From an uncultured Prevotellaceae bacterium (GTDB taxonomy: Bacteria > Bacteroidota > Bacteroidia > Bacteroidales > Muribaculaceae), in NCBI GenBank assembly GCA_900322135.1, contig ONYP01000034.1, positions 1,548-65,547 on the forward strand: 64,000 nucleotides of DNA, written 5' to 3'. A program made the position numbers and the translations under genes. How positions within the stretch are numbered: position 1 is the stretch's first letter; every line of letters begins with the position of its first letter. This document shows, piece by piece, positions 29,549 to 39,591 of this stretch. The notes below the pieces were generated by a model. The model was not told the origin of the DNA. It did not search any database and saw only the letters and a list, made by a program, of their open reading frames with translations.

Positions 29549-31313
29549 TCACTTCACGAACACTTTTCGGGTAGTGCCGTCACTCATCTTCACGATATTG
29601 ATGCCTTGCTGTAAAGTATCATACTGGTGACCAGTAATATCGTAGTAGCTGACAGGAACAGCATTGGGGTCGGTTTCAATTTCCTCGACAGCATCGCTGA
29701 TCTGGAACTTGAACTTATCGGCATTATTAACCGCCATATCGGTGAAACCGTTGACATAATTGCTCAAGGGGCGGCTGATAAATGCCACGACATTCAAGTT
29801 GTGCCAATTCCATCCACTGGGCACCTGGAACCTATATACATTCTTGTATTGGCCGCCAAAGCGATTCAGGTCTTCGCCCATGACGGAACCGAGCGCCATG
29901 CGGAACACGCCATTGTGCACATAATTACTAATCCATGTGCCATTGTCCAACTGCCTTGCCGTCAAGCTATCCTCAGTGAGATAGACCGTGAGTTTAGCGT
30001 CGTCACCCACCATCAGGTCAAAGTCGGGCGAAATCCTGCCATGTACCGACACAGTGGCCATGCGGGTTGACTCGTTGAACGAGCAATTGGCTTTAATCTC
30101 GGCAAAGCAGGGATTGGCTTCGGTGATGTAATCAAAGAACTCACCCAGATAATCTGCTACCAACTGATGATACTCCTCATAGTAACCGAGGCCGTTGACG
30201 ATATTCACATCATCGTTCCATCCCGTCGAACGGTCGAATGCGCCCGAAGGATAAGAGATTGAACCGCCCGTCATGTAGACCATGATAGAGTCGGCCTGGT
30301 TGGAGCGGAAGGGATCAACACCCGAGGAGGATGCTGAGCATCGAGTTACCCAGCGGACAATAGGTGCAATAGGTTGAAGTGAGCTGCTCAACGAGGTGTT
30401 TCTGTCGAGGATAGCTGTTTTTATAAGATAAGAACTTGGTTTCCAACACAATGGGCTCATCGAGCGCAATGCCGTCAACCGCTTGCAGGGTCACGGTAAG
30501 GGTATGCTCACGCGACTCCAGACCGTCGGTCGGGATTGCATCTATGATGGTGCAATATCCATTCTCAAAGGGATTTTCATTGGTAATATTGGCTACCAAT
30601 TCACCATCAACATCGACATCCATCAAAAGTCCGCCAGCACCAATCTGCTTGATGCCACGGTTATGAACATCCAGGGCAAAAGGCAATGAGTCACCCTCTT
30701 GAATCATGGATAAGGTGCGCAAATTGCTTGCCAAAATCCTGTAATCGGGATAACTGTCCTTCTCGACGATACACTGTAGACTCAAGTTGCCGTACTCAGT
30801 CGTGTTAATCGGTTTCCACTTGAAGCGACTTCCAACTTTAGTATAGGAATAGGTGTCGTAGGCCTCGCCGATATTCACAAACGAGAGGGGGCTGATACCT
30901 GCCGCCTGCTGAAAATAGAAACCTACCAACAATTTATCATTTTCTCCGAGATTGATTTCATAAGGCGTGGGCAACTCAAATACATTCCAGCCATCAGCAT
31001 TCATCTCGCAATCCCACTCGACGCGTTCACCATACTGGTCATCACCCGTCACTGGTGTAATCAGCACCTTGGATATCAGCGTCGGCTCGGACAGACCGAC
31101 GCGAATGGCTGTAATCTTACCACCCTGATAAATCTCCAGTTCCTCGGGGTGCAGCATGATGGCAATCGAACGAGTGCCAGACTGGGTCACAGTAGTACCC
31201 TCGGGGCTGATGCTGTCGTTCTCGTAATGCCCCATTATTTTCTGTACCGGTTGTGCTCCGACGGCCATCGGCAGCAACAAGGCAGCAGACAAAAGAAGTA
31301 GTAATTTTTTCAT
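29549..31313 (-). pseudogene. Omp28-domain T9SS-type secreted protein, split by a frameshifting deletion at ~30325
   Basis: First frame has a signal peptide and HLVEQLTSTYCTYCPLG; second frame has YPSGAFDR, VYLTEDSL, YVHNGVFR and a CTD-like tail YYDITG..LQQGINIVKMSDGTTRKVFVK; the expected helix plus strand ending in His after CxxC is missing. Confidence 0.8.
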
Positions 31314-31339
31314 GTGTCAGTTTTTATTTTACTAGTTAG

Positions 31340-32023
31340 TTATTGCCTCAGAATCATGGCGATAGCTTCATTGATGTCAGCAATGTTCACCTCGCCGTCA
31401 CCGTTCACATCACCTGAAGGCGTGATGTTCTGTGACAGAATCATATCGATAACAGCATTAATATCGGCGATATTGATTTCACCGTCGCCATTGACATCAC
31501 CAGGCAAGGGTTCTGGCGTCTTTCCCTTGACGAAGTCCAGAGTGATGGTCGGCCCAATGCCCAAGCTCTCATAAGTGGGCGGGAATCCGCCCTGCTTGGC
31601 AAAGACCTCGATGGTCAGCGTGACGATGCACTCGCCGTCGTCCTCAGGAAACCACTCGCTCTGGATATCCTGCACCTGTCCCATGAGTTGCCCGATTGCG
31701 GTCTCGTAACCACCAGGCTCGTCCTGGGTGTTACAAGTCGCGGGGAAACAGATCTGGTAGGCGCCGTTCTCGATAAGTTCAATTTCATAATACACCTTGA
31801 GGAAGTCGGACGATCCAGTCATGTTCTTGACAAATATGCCAGATTTAATCATCTCATTCCCGTCGTCGTCGGTTTCTACCAGGTCGCGGGTGATGACCGA
31901 TTCGTTCTCGATGACATTACCATCGGCATCAACAAACTGGAAAGTCTCGTTAATGTCCTGGGCCTGCAAAGGTCCGGCTGCTAAAGCAAATGCAAGCAAA
32001 AATAAAGTAATCGTTTTTTTCAT
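31340..32023 (-). CDS. Secreted protein (QICFPATC domain) with C-terminal dockerin
   Basis: Signal peptide; two near-identical repeats PGDVNGDGEINIADINAVI and SGDVNGDGEVNIADINEAI. Confidence 0.85.
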   Translation of the reverse strand: MKKTITLFLLAFALAAGPLQAQDINETFQFVDADGNVIENESVITRDLVETDDDGNEMIKSGIFVKNMTGSSDFLKVYYEIELIENGAYQICFPATCNTQDEPGGYETAIGQLMGQVQDIQSEWFPEDDGECIVTLTIEVFAKQGGFPPTYESLGIGPTITLDFVKGKTPEPLPGDVNGDGEINIADINAVIDMILSQNITPSGDVNGDGEVNIADINEAIAMILRQ

Positions 32024-32041
32024 ATTATTCAGTAGTTAATA

Positions 32042-32848
32042 TTAATCAGTCAATCTGGTTTTAGACACTTGACGGACACCACTCTCATCATACAGGAAGG
32101 TGACAACCGAACAGTGTTCGGGCACCCATGCGGGATCTAAGGTGATGTTATAGGATTTGGTAACAACTTCACCACGATAAACATTTAAGCTTTCACCCCA
32201 CGGGTCGTTAACGCTGGCACGCAGCACATGCATGTGGTTATAATGTTCCTGTGTCGAACCATCGGGCATCAGCTGGAAGTTGTCGATGCTGTCCTCGACT
32301 AACCACACTTGCAAATTGCCGCTGACCTTTGTCGAATCGAGTCCGATAGTCTGCACCTCGATGGAAGCCTGACGGTTATCAAAGTCCAGAGTCGTAGCGG
32401 TAAGAAATGCCACAGGAGCCTTGGGCGTAGCTGATTGGGTGAGTTCATAATTCACACCTCCACCCCAATCGGTGAAACTGAGTGCCATTCCACCAAACAT
32501 CCTGTCCACCAATCCAACAGGTTGAGCCGAGAGCCCCCATTTGTTAAAGTACATGTCACCAAGTTCAGTATAAAGCGGTGAAGGAGTGCCATTCTTCTTG
32601 GAGAAAGGACCCGAATGTATCGCTACGGCAATGATGACCGAATCGCCATACTGCTCAACCAATCGCTCGATTTCCTCAGTAGCACGCGGACAATTCACAC
32701 AGTACTGGCCCGTAAAGTCCTCTATCAGGACGGCGCGTCCCACCTCAGGCGGTTCAACATAGGTCAAACGCTCGTTGACTGGCACATCATCGCAAGACGC
32801 CAGAGCCAAGAGGCACAATACCGGTAAAAACAGATATATCTTTCTCAT
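32042..32848 (-). CDS. Omp28-family outer membrane lipoprotein
   Basis: Lipobox LASC; VLIEDFTGQYCVNCP, AVAIHSG, WLVEDSI, YNHMHVLRASVN. Confidence 0.9.
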   Translation of the reverse strand: MRKIYLFLPVLCLLALASCDDVPVNERLTYVEPPEVGRAVLIEDFTGQYCVNCPRATEEIERLVEQYGDSVIIAVAIHSGPFSKKNGTPSPLYTELGDMYFNKWGLSAQPVGLVDRMFGGMALSFTDWGGGVNYELTQSATPKAPVAFLTATTLDFDNRQASIEVQTIGLDSTKVSGNLQVWLVEDSIDNFQLMPDGSTQEHYNHMHVLRASVNDPWGESLNVYRGEVVTKSYNITLDPAWVPEHCSVVTFLYDESGVRQVSKTRLTD

Positions 32849-32851
32849 CGT

Positions 32852-34504
32852 CTAGAAGCTGTAATTATAAGATAATGTGAAGCCACGGGTTGCAGGCACC
32901 CAGCGGCACACGCCACCCGAGCAGTTGAATCCGGCTTTGGTGCGGCCATAACCGGCCTGGATGCGATGAGCCTTGAGACTGTAAGTCACCAGGGCCTGGT
33001 AGTAGTGGACATTGGTCTCACCGCAGTTCCACATATCGCTCACGGTAAACATCCAGTGAGGAGCCCATGAGAGTTCAGCCAAGCCGAACGCCCAGTCGCC
33101 GTCGTCGCCTTCACAGAACTGATACTGCAGTTCACAACGCAATGTCAATTTTGGTGAGAACTTGTACTTGCCGTCGGCAATCAGGATATTGCTCTTGATC
33201 ATGCCGCCGTGGCCCTCGACGATAGTCATATTGTATCGCTCGTTCATATACATGAATATCAACGAGAAATCACGAGTGAACCGTTTATCTATCTGTATGT
33301 CGATATCCTGGTAATAAGTCTCATCGCCCATCTTGAAGAAACTGGACTTGTAGCCATCGCTACCCATGATGCGCCCCTCGGTAACGGGATTCTTGATGCC
33401 GTCATACTTCAAACCGCGCACATGAGACACATTCAGTTTCAGTTTAGTGCCATACTTGCCGCCCAAAGCGGTCCCTTTCTTGAACGAGTATCCAAATTCG
33501 CCCTGGAAAGCCCACTCGCCATCAGGATTGGTGGCATAGGGGTACTGTGCTGCCAAGGCATAGGTCTGGTCGTGTGTGAATGCCGGCAGGTGGTTGATGA
33601 AACTTGAGGTACCGTTCATGCTGCGGCAGCTGCGGAACGACATGCCCTGGCTGCGCTTGGCCTGCAAGAGGATGCTCATACCTTTCTGGGAGTAGGAAGC
33701 ACTGAGCATAGCCACATTGCCCTTGCCATAATGGTAACCGTTATCAAAGGAAGGGTCCTGTGTCTTTTGGGCATATTCAGCAAGGATGCTGAAGCCCTTG
33801 TGCGTCAAGTTCAAGCGGGCATCCCATGCATTGACAAACTCGGGTAAGTTCAACTTGTGGGTGACATCGACAAAGATGGCATCATCACTGGCACTTTCGT
33901 GCTTATTGACCCAAGAGCCACCCAGCATGATGTGTGTGCCATGAGACTCGAGCGACTTGATGTACTGCTCCAGACCCACTTCAACATCCACACCGCTCAC
34001 CAGCGCATCGTTGTGATGCCAATAGCGACGCTGCTTGCCGCTCAAGGCCTTGATGGTCGTGCCGGGAACGGGCGAATAGACAATGCGGCCGCCACGCAGG
34101 GCATTGTCGATGCCCAGCGAGCGTTCCTCGTAGGTGCGCAACACGAAGCCGGACCCGAACTGTTCATAGAAGTCACCCGCCGTGAGTTCCACATTCTTGT
34201 AGTGTCCCTTTACATAGAAGTGGGGCAAGCCCCACCCTTTAAAATCAGGCTCATAGCCGGGCAGTGGATGCTGTAGAAACTCAAACCGGGTGCCTGCCTC
34301 GACATACTTGCTGCCTAATTTCAGGTCCACATAGGTATTAGTCAGCACTTTATCATCGGTGTGCTCGGTACCGATCTTCTCATCGTCCTGCGGGAACAGG
34401 ATGTCGCTTTGCACACTGCCAGATACCGTCACCTGGGCCGAAGCACTAAATGCCGTCATCAACAGCACAGGCAACAGCAACAGACATACAAACGGTTTAG
34501 CCAT
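32852..34504 (-). CDS. DUF6029-family outer-membrane beta-barrel
   Basis: GDFYEQFGSG, YEERSLGIDN, C-terminal GFNCSGGVCRWVPATRG, terminal Phe. Confidence 0.85.
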   Translation of the reverse strand: MAKPFVCLLLLPVLLMTAFSASAQVTVSGSVQSDILFPQDDEKIGTEHTDDKVLTNTYVDLKLGSKYVEAGTRFEFLQHPLPGYEPDFKGWGLPHFYVKGHYKNVELTAGDFYEQFGSGFVLRTYEERSLGIDNALRGGRIVYSPVPGTTIKALSGKQRRYWHHNDALVSGVDVEVGLEQYIKSLESHGTHIMLGGSWVNKHESASDDAIFVDVTHKLNLPEFVNAWDARLNLTHKGFSILAEYAQKTQDPSFDNGYHYGKGNVAMLSASYSQKGMSILLQAKRSQGMSFRSCRSMNGTSSFINHLPAFTHDQTYALAAQYPYATNPDGEWAFQGEFGYSFKKGTALGGKYGTKLKLNVSHVRGLKYDGIKNPVTEGRIMGSDGYKSSFFKMGDETYYQDIDIQIDKRFTRDFSLIFMYMNERYNMTIVEGHGGMIKSNILIADGKYKFSPKLTLRCELQYQFCEGDDGDWAFGLAELSWAPHWMFTVSDMWNCGETNVHYYQALVTYSLKAHRIQAGYGRTKAGFNCSGGVCRWVPATRGFTLSYNYSF

Positions 34505-34506
34505 AC

Positions 34507-35007
34507 TTACTCAGGGTTTTGGGATAGAAGCTTGCGCACCTCCTCGATGAGTTCCTCCTCGGCCCCGTCGGTGTAACTGCTATGTTTTGACACGACCTTG
34601 CCCTCACCGTCGACAACGACGACAAAGGGAATCATATGGCCGCCCATAGCCTTCAGCAGGTCGCTGTTGGGGTCGAGCAGCACTTCATATTCCCATTCGT
34701 TCTGATCCACCAGCGGTTTTACCTTGTGGATGTTTTGAGCCTGGTCAATGCTTACGGCATAAATTTTCACGCCGGTCTCTTCTTTCCACTCGTCATAGAC
34801 CTCGGCAATCGCCGAGAGTTCCCTGTTGCAGGGTTTGCACCAGGTAGCAAAGAAATCGATGATGAACGGCTTGCCGTCGTTACTGAGCGTCTCGCTCTGA
34901 ACCGTGGTTCCGTCAATACTCTTGAGCGTGACAGCGGGAATTTGAGCCTGGGCGATGCCGAAACCAGCCATCAGACAAACAATCAAAGTAAGAAAAAACT
35001 TCTTCAT
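34507..35007 (-). CDS. TlpA-family thioredoxin-like disulfide reductase, exported
   Basis: Signal peptide from ATG 35007; FFATWCKPC; VSID; cis-Pro loop MIPF. Confidence 0.9.
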   Translation of the reverse strand: MKKFFLTLIVCLMAGFGIAQAQIPAVTLKSIDGTTVQSETLSNDGKPFIIDFFATWCKPCNRELSAIAEVYDEWKEETGVKIYAVSIDQAQNIHKVKPLVDQNEWEYEVLLDPNSDLLKAMGGHMIPFVVVVDGEGKVVSKHSSYTDGAEEELIEEVRKLLSQNPE

Positions 35008-35131
35008 ATACCTAATAATTTTGGGTTCATATTTAAAATGCAAAGATACGCAATAATGCAAAACACTCTTACAAAAACCGTTAAAAAAAGTTAATTCCCT
35101 CATTTTTTTTGGTTTTGCATCTAGTAATTGC

Positions 35132-35175
35132 AAAAAGCATGCCTTGTCTCCCCCTGGGGAATGACAAGGCATACT
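35132..35175 (-). terminator. Terminator after the 35214-36872 gene
   Basis: ATGCCTTGTC/GACAAGGCAT stem with a T-tract on the minus strand. Confidence 0.65.
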
Positions 35176-35213
35176 GTATCATTTATTGCCGCCTGAAGCA
35201 GCAGGCCGGGTCA

Positions 35214-36872
35214 TCAATGGAGCACCTTGGTGGTCTTCACATTGCCATTGGTATCGGTAGTGCGAACGATGTTAACGCCCTGCTCCAACTGGTTGACACG
35301 ACGGCCATCGATGGTGTAAATCTCGGTCGACACCTCACCCTCGCTGGTCTCAACCTCGTTGATAGCAGTCTGCTGACCCTTGATATCAACACACATGACA
35401 AACATGCCGCCAGAGCCGGGAATAACATTCCAATCGTCATCGTACTGTTCTTCCTGGGTGTAGAAGATGTAGGCATACCTGTCATCATAGGTAATTGAGA
35501 AGCCACTAGACTTGAAATCTTCCTCACAAATCTGCTTAGCCCAAACGGTAGCGCCATAGTCATCGAGTTTTTCTACCATGAAGTCGGCACCGTTCCAGCT
35601 GGTGCTGATGCCATAGAGCACCACCCAACCATCACTTGCAGGAATCACCTTGACGGGGGTGAAGCCCCAATCCTCGGTCATATCGAGGGACAAACCGTAC
35701 ATGCACTCATCGGTCCAGCAATAGTTGTTGTTCTCGTCAACAACATTCACATTCATATAGATCTCGCTGGCAGAGTAAGCATATTCCCAAGCGACACATG
35801 CCCTATTGTTCTTAACGCCCATCTGTGCCGTGCCGGCGTCGCCATCAATGTGGCCGGTAAGGCTCACGCCTTCAGGAGCGGTTGCTCCATTGGGGCTCAG
35901 GGAGTTGACCACCTGGAAGCCATAGAAATCAGACAGCACCCTGTAAGAGATGAACAATACGCCGTCCTCGGCAAGAGTGGTGAGCGGCTTGGGCATAAAC
36001 ATTCCGCTCGACAGAGGCCTATCCTCGACAGTCACAGGGCTGTCCCACTGATTGTTCAGTTCATTAGTCAGCAATTGCGCATCGAGCCCGAGATCACTGT
36101 TATCGTAGAGCAAGTAGATGTTCCCGTTGGGAGCAGGATCCATGGAAACTATCTTAGACTGCAGTGACAAGGGAGCCTCGTTAATCATCATGCCGTCATT
36201 GTCCAGAGCAACAATCAACCACTCGCTGTTATTCACGAGTACCGAGTCGGGCATCTGCTGGTTGGGGAACCAGGGTGAAGGCGACCAGTTGTCCTCGTTG
36301 GCCTCTTCCATGTAATACTCGGTGTGATTGGCAGCAGCAAAAATGTTGCCACCGCTGACGCAGATAGCCGGAGCGACATCCTCGACCGACAAGGCATTCT
36401 CATGAATCTTGTCGGAGGGGAACAGGATACCGTCAGCATCCCACACAGGCTCACCTTGCTGGGTGTAGCGATACAGGTATGTCTCGGCGTTCTCCTCGTT
36501 GGGGTCATTCCTGATGTCGGTATAGGCCAAGAGGATGTCACCATTAGGAGCCAATGCCAGACCATAGTCGGTTGTCCAGGTGCGCGTCCGCTTATCGCAG
36601 ACGATAATGCCCTCGTCGCCAAACTGTGGATTGCCGTTGGCATCAAACAACTGCAGGTGCAACTGATAGGAGAAAACACTGTTGACGCGTTCACCGCGCA
36701 ACCAGGTCAGAATGATGTTGCCGTCATCGGTGCGCAGCGTCTTCATCTGCACTTGGCCACTAGCGCCTTCTTTGTCGAGTTTGGTAGCATTGATGTCGCT
36801 GGGTTGCCAATTGGCCATCATTGTACTCATGGCAAAGATAGCCATACAAACAAAAGTCAATAACTTTTTCAT
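35214..36872 (-). CDS. Acidic secreted protein with T9SS CTD-like tail (probable beta-propeller)
   Basis: Signal peptide; repeated beta-strand blades (LQLFDANGNPQF, YRYTQQGEPVW, VEKLDDYGATVW); tail IYTIDGRRVNQLEQGVNIVRT..KTTKVLH. Confidence 0.75.
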   Translation of the reverse strand: MKKLLTFVCMAIFAMSTMMANWQPSDINATKLDKEGASGQVQMKTLRTDDGNIILTWLRGERVNSVFSYQLHLQLFDANGNPQFGDEGIIVCDKRTRTWTTDYGLALAPNGDILLAYTDIRNDPNEENAETYLYRYTQQGEPVWDADGILFPSDKIHENALSVEDVAPAICVSGGNIFAAANHTEYYMEEANEDNWSPSPWFPNQQMPDSVLVNNSEWLIVALDNDGMMINEAPLSLQSKIVSMDPAPNGNIYLLYDNSDLGLDAQLLTNELNNQWDSPVTVEDRPLSSGMFMPKPLTTLAEDGVLFISYRVLSDFYGFQVVNSLSPNGATAPEGVSLTGHIDGDAGTAQMGVKNNRACVAWEYAYSASEIYMNVNVVDENNNYCWTDECMYGLSLDMTEDWGFTPVKVIPASDGWVVLYGISTSWNGADFMVEKLDDYGATVWAKQICEEDFKSSGFSITYDDRYAYIFYTQEEQYDDDWNVIPGSGGMFVMCVDIKGQQTAINEVETSEGEVSTEIYTIDGRRVNQLEQGVNIVRTTDTNGNVKTTKVLH

Positions 36873-37081
36873 AAGCGATACGGTTTAATGATTATTAAAA
36901 AATGGTTTAAGAACATATACCAGAATATAATTACATTTCATCATGCCGGAAAACGGGCACAGGCAAGACCCGGTATTTGCATTTTGCCTGCAAATATAAT
37001 GATTTGCTTTCAATTAGAAAGAAAAATCGGAAACACAACAGCAAAATTCTTGAAAAACCACTTATTCCGTCAAAAAGAGCA

Positions 37082-38269
37082 TTATCTAGATGCCTTGTAA
37101 TAGAGGACGGCGGCAATGATGATATAGACAAAGTTGGGAATCCACATCGCAATGCGGGGTGAAGTATAACCTGAAACGGCAAATGTAGAAGTCACGGTCA
37201 TGAACAGAATGTAGGAGAAACTGAGCAGCAGACCGAGTCCGATGTTGAGGCCGATACCGCCACGCACCTTGCGAGAGGACAGTGACAACCCGATGATGGT
37301 GAGGATGAATGCGGCAGCCGTCATGGCGATGCGTCGCTCATACTCAATCTCAAAATTCTTGATGTTGGCGACACCGCGAGCCTTCTGCTTGGCAATGTAC
37401 TCCTTGAGTTCGGGCGATGTCATGGTCTGCTCGTCATTCTTGGAGATGAGGAAATCGCGAGGGTCGATGTTGAGCAGCGTGTCCATCACCGTGCCCTTGG
37501 TCATGGTCTCTTTCAGTCCCTTGAAGTTGCGGATGGTGTAGTTGCGCACTGTCCACAGGCCGACGGAGTCGTACTTGACCGACTCGGCTGTGAGGCGGGA
37601 CTTGAGCGTGTTGCCCTCAAACTCCTCGAGCGAGAAGCGGAAACCGCTGCGGGTCGTATTGTCGTAGCGCGCCATGTAGGCCATCACGCCAGGCTTGACC
37701 TGCAACTGGATATTGTCGCCGTAGATGACCGCCTTGTTCTTTACCCACTTGTTGGTGTAAGCGATGCGCTCGATATTGGCAGGCGGGATGATGTAGGCGG
37801 CCAGCAGATAACTGCCCGCTGCGATGATGGCAGCCGAGAAGATATAGGGGACCGCCAAGCGATGGAAACTGATGCCATTGGACAACATGGCGATGATCTC
37901 GCTGCGGTCGGCAAGACGCGAGGTGAAGAAAATCACCGAGATAAAGGTGAACAGCGGGCTGAACTGGCTGAGCACAAAGGGCAGGAAGTTCATGAAGTAC
38001 TGGAAGACGGTCGCCTTCCATGGTGCGGTGAGGACGGCATCGAGTTTCTCGTTGATGTCAAACATCACCACAATGGCAAACAACAACAGGATGGCAAAGA
38101 AGAAGGTACCCAGGAAGTTCTTGATGATATAGCGGTCGAAGCGCTTCACGAAATACCAGGGGTATCGCTTGCGGGTGTCCCGGACGGGCTGGACTTCCTG
38201 GACGGGCTGGGGGTCCTGGACTTCCTGGATGGGTTGCTGCTCTATGTCGCGGATTTCTTCTTCCATCAC
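37082..38269 (-). CDS. LptF/LptG-family LPS export permease
   Basis: FDRYIIKNFLGTFF, SEIIAMLSNGISFHRL, periplasmic beta domain, AMWIPN. Confidence 0.9.
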   Translation of the reverse strand: MMEEEIRDIEQQPIQEVQDPQPVQEVQPVRDTRKRYPWYFVKRFDRYIIKNFLGTFFFAILLLFAIVVMFDINEKLDAVLTAPWKATVFQYFMNFLPFVLSQFSPLFTFISVIFFTSRLADRSEIIAMLSNGISFHRLAVPYIFSAAIIAAGSYLLAAYIIPPANIERIAYTNKWVKNKAVIYGDNIQLQVKPGVMAYMARYDNTTRSGFRFSLEEFEGNTLKSRLTAESVKYDSVGLWTVRNYTIRNFKGLKETMTKGTVMDTLLNIDPRDFLISKNDEQTMTSPELKEYIAKQKARGVANIKNFEIEYERRIAMTAAAFILTIIGLSLSSRKVRGGIGLNIGLGLLLSFSYILFMTVTSTFAVSGYTSPRIAMWIPNFVYIIIAAVLYYKASR

Positions 38270-38275
38270 TTCTTA

Positions 38276-39406
38276 TTACAGGCGTTGCTGAACATCGTGG
38301 AGCATCTGTCGTTTCCAAGCTGGGAAATCGCCCTCGATGATGTGCTTGCGGGCCTCGCCCACGAGCCACAGGTAGAAGGCCAGGTTATGGATGCTGGCAA
38401 TCTGCATGGCCAGGATTTCCTGGGCAATGAACAGGTGGCGCACATAGGCCTTGCTGTACAATTGGTCGACAACCGAGGGTCCGTCTTCCTGCAAGGGGGA
38501 GAAATCATCGGCCCACTTCTTGTTGCGCATGTTCATGATGCCGTGACGGGTAAAGAGCATGCCGTTGCGGCCATTGCGAGTGGGCATCACGCAGTCCATC
38601 ATGTCCACGCCGCGGTCGATGGCCTCGAGGATGTTGGCAGGCGTGCCCACACCCATAAGGTAGCGGGGACGGTCCTGCGGCAGGATGTCGTTGACGATTT
38701 CTATCATCTCATACATTACCTCGGTGGGCTCACCGACGGCAAGACCGCCAATGGCGTTGCCGTCGGCACCCAGGTCGGCGACAAACTTGGAGGATTCCTG
38801 GCGCAGGTCCTTATAGACACACCCCTGCACAATGGGGTAATAGGCCTGGCTGTGACCGTAACGGGGCTGGGTGTTCTTGAAGTGCTTCCATCCACGGGCG
38901 AGCCAATTATGGGTCAGCGACAATGACTTGCGGGCATAGTTGTAGTCACTGGTACCCGGCGGGCACTCGTCCAGCGCCATCATGATGTCACTGCCGATGC
39001 TGCGCTCGATATCCACCACCTTCTCGGGGGTGAACAGGTGCTTGCTGCCGTCGATGTGGCTGCGGAAGGTCACGCCCTCATCAGTTAACTTGCGGTTGTC
39101 TGCCAGTGAGAACACCTGGAAGCCGCCGCTATCAGTCAGGATGGGACGGTCCCAACTGTTGAACTTGTGCAGACCGCCTGCCCGCTCGATGATGTCCATG
39201 CCGGGACGCAGGTACAGGTGGTAGGTGTTGCCAAGGATGATTTGGGCCTTGATATCGTCACGCAGTTCAGTCATGTGTACGGCCTTGACGGCTCCTACCG
39301 TGCCCACTGGCATAAAGATAGGAGTCTCGATCTGGCCATGATCGGTGGTGATGAGTCCGGCGCGGGCATTGGTGCCGCCGGGAGTGGCTATGAGTTGATA
39401 GTCCAT
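38276..39406 (-). CDS. tgt: Queuine tRNA-ribosyltransferase
   Basis: TPIFMPVGT, ILGNTYHL, LTDSGGFQV, DECPP, PRYLMGVG, DCVMPTRNGRNG. Confidence 0.98.
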   Translation of the reverse strand: MDYQLIATPGGTNARAGLITTDHGQIETPIFMPVGTVGAVKAVHMTELRDDIKAQIILGNTYHLYLRPGMDIIERAGGLHKFNSWDRPILTDSGGFQVFSLADNRKLTDEGVTFRSHIDGSKHLFTPEKVVDIERSIGSDIMMALDECPPGTSDYNYARKSLSLTHNWLARGWKHFKNTQPRYGHSQAYYPIVQGCVYKDLRQESSKFVADLGADGNAIGGLAVGEPTEVMYEMIEIVNDILPQDRPRYLMGVGTPANILEAIDRGVDMMDCVMPTRNGRNGMLFTRHGIMNMRNKKWADDFSPLQEDGPSVVDQLYSKAYVRHLFIAQEILAMQIASIHNLAFYLWLVGEARKHIIEGDFPAWKRQMLHDVQQRL

Positions 39407-39494
39407 TCGGTTATCTTGCTATAAAAATCGTGCAAAGATAATGAAAAAAATGGTAGTATCGGTTGACAGCTACCATCAGTCCACAATAATATAC

Positions 39495-39568
39495 ACGAAT
39501 TTCGCTAATTTTAACGAATTGCACAAAACCAAAGTTCGTGGAATCCGCTGTCAATTAGCGAAATTCGT
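39495..39568. repeat. Perfect 16-bp inverted repeat (hairpin/terminator-like)
   Basis: ACGAATTTCGCTAATT at 39495-39510 and AATTAGCGAAATTCGT at 39553-39568. Confidence 0.75.
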
Positions 39569-39591
39569 ATTATGTAATCCATTCAGCGGAA

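Noticed and set aside
35008-35172. N-terminal extensions given by the ORF track (TlpA; also hicA, yitT, MFS, tkt, MATE)
   Set aside because: They run through promoter or terminator sequence; internal ATGs after AT-rich leaders give proper N-termini
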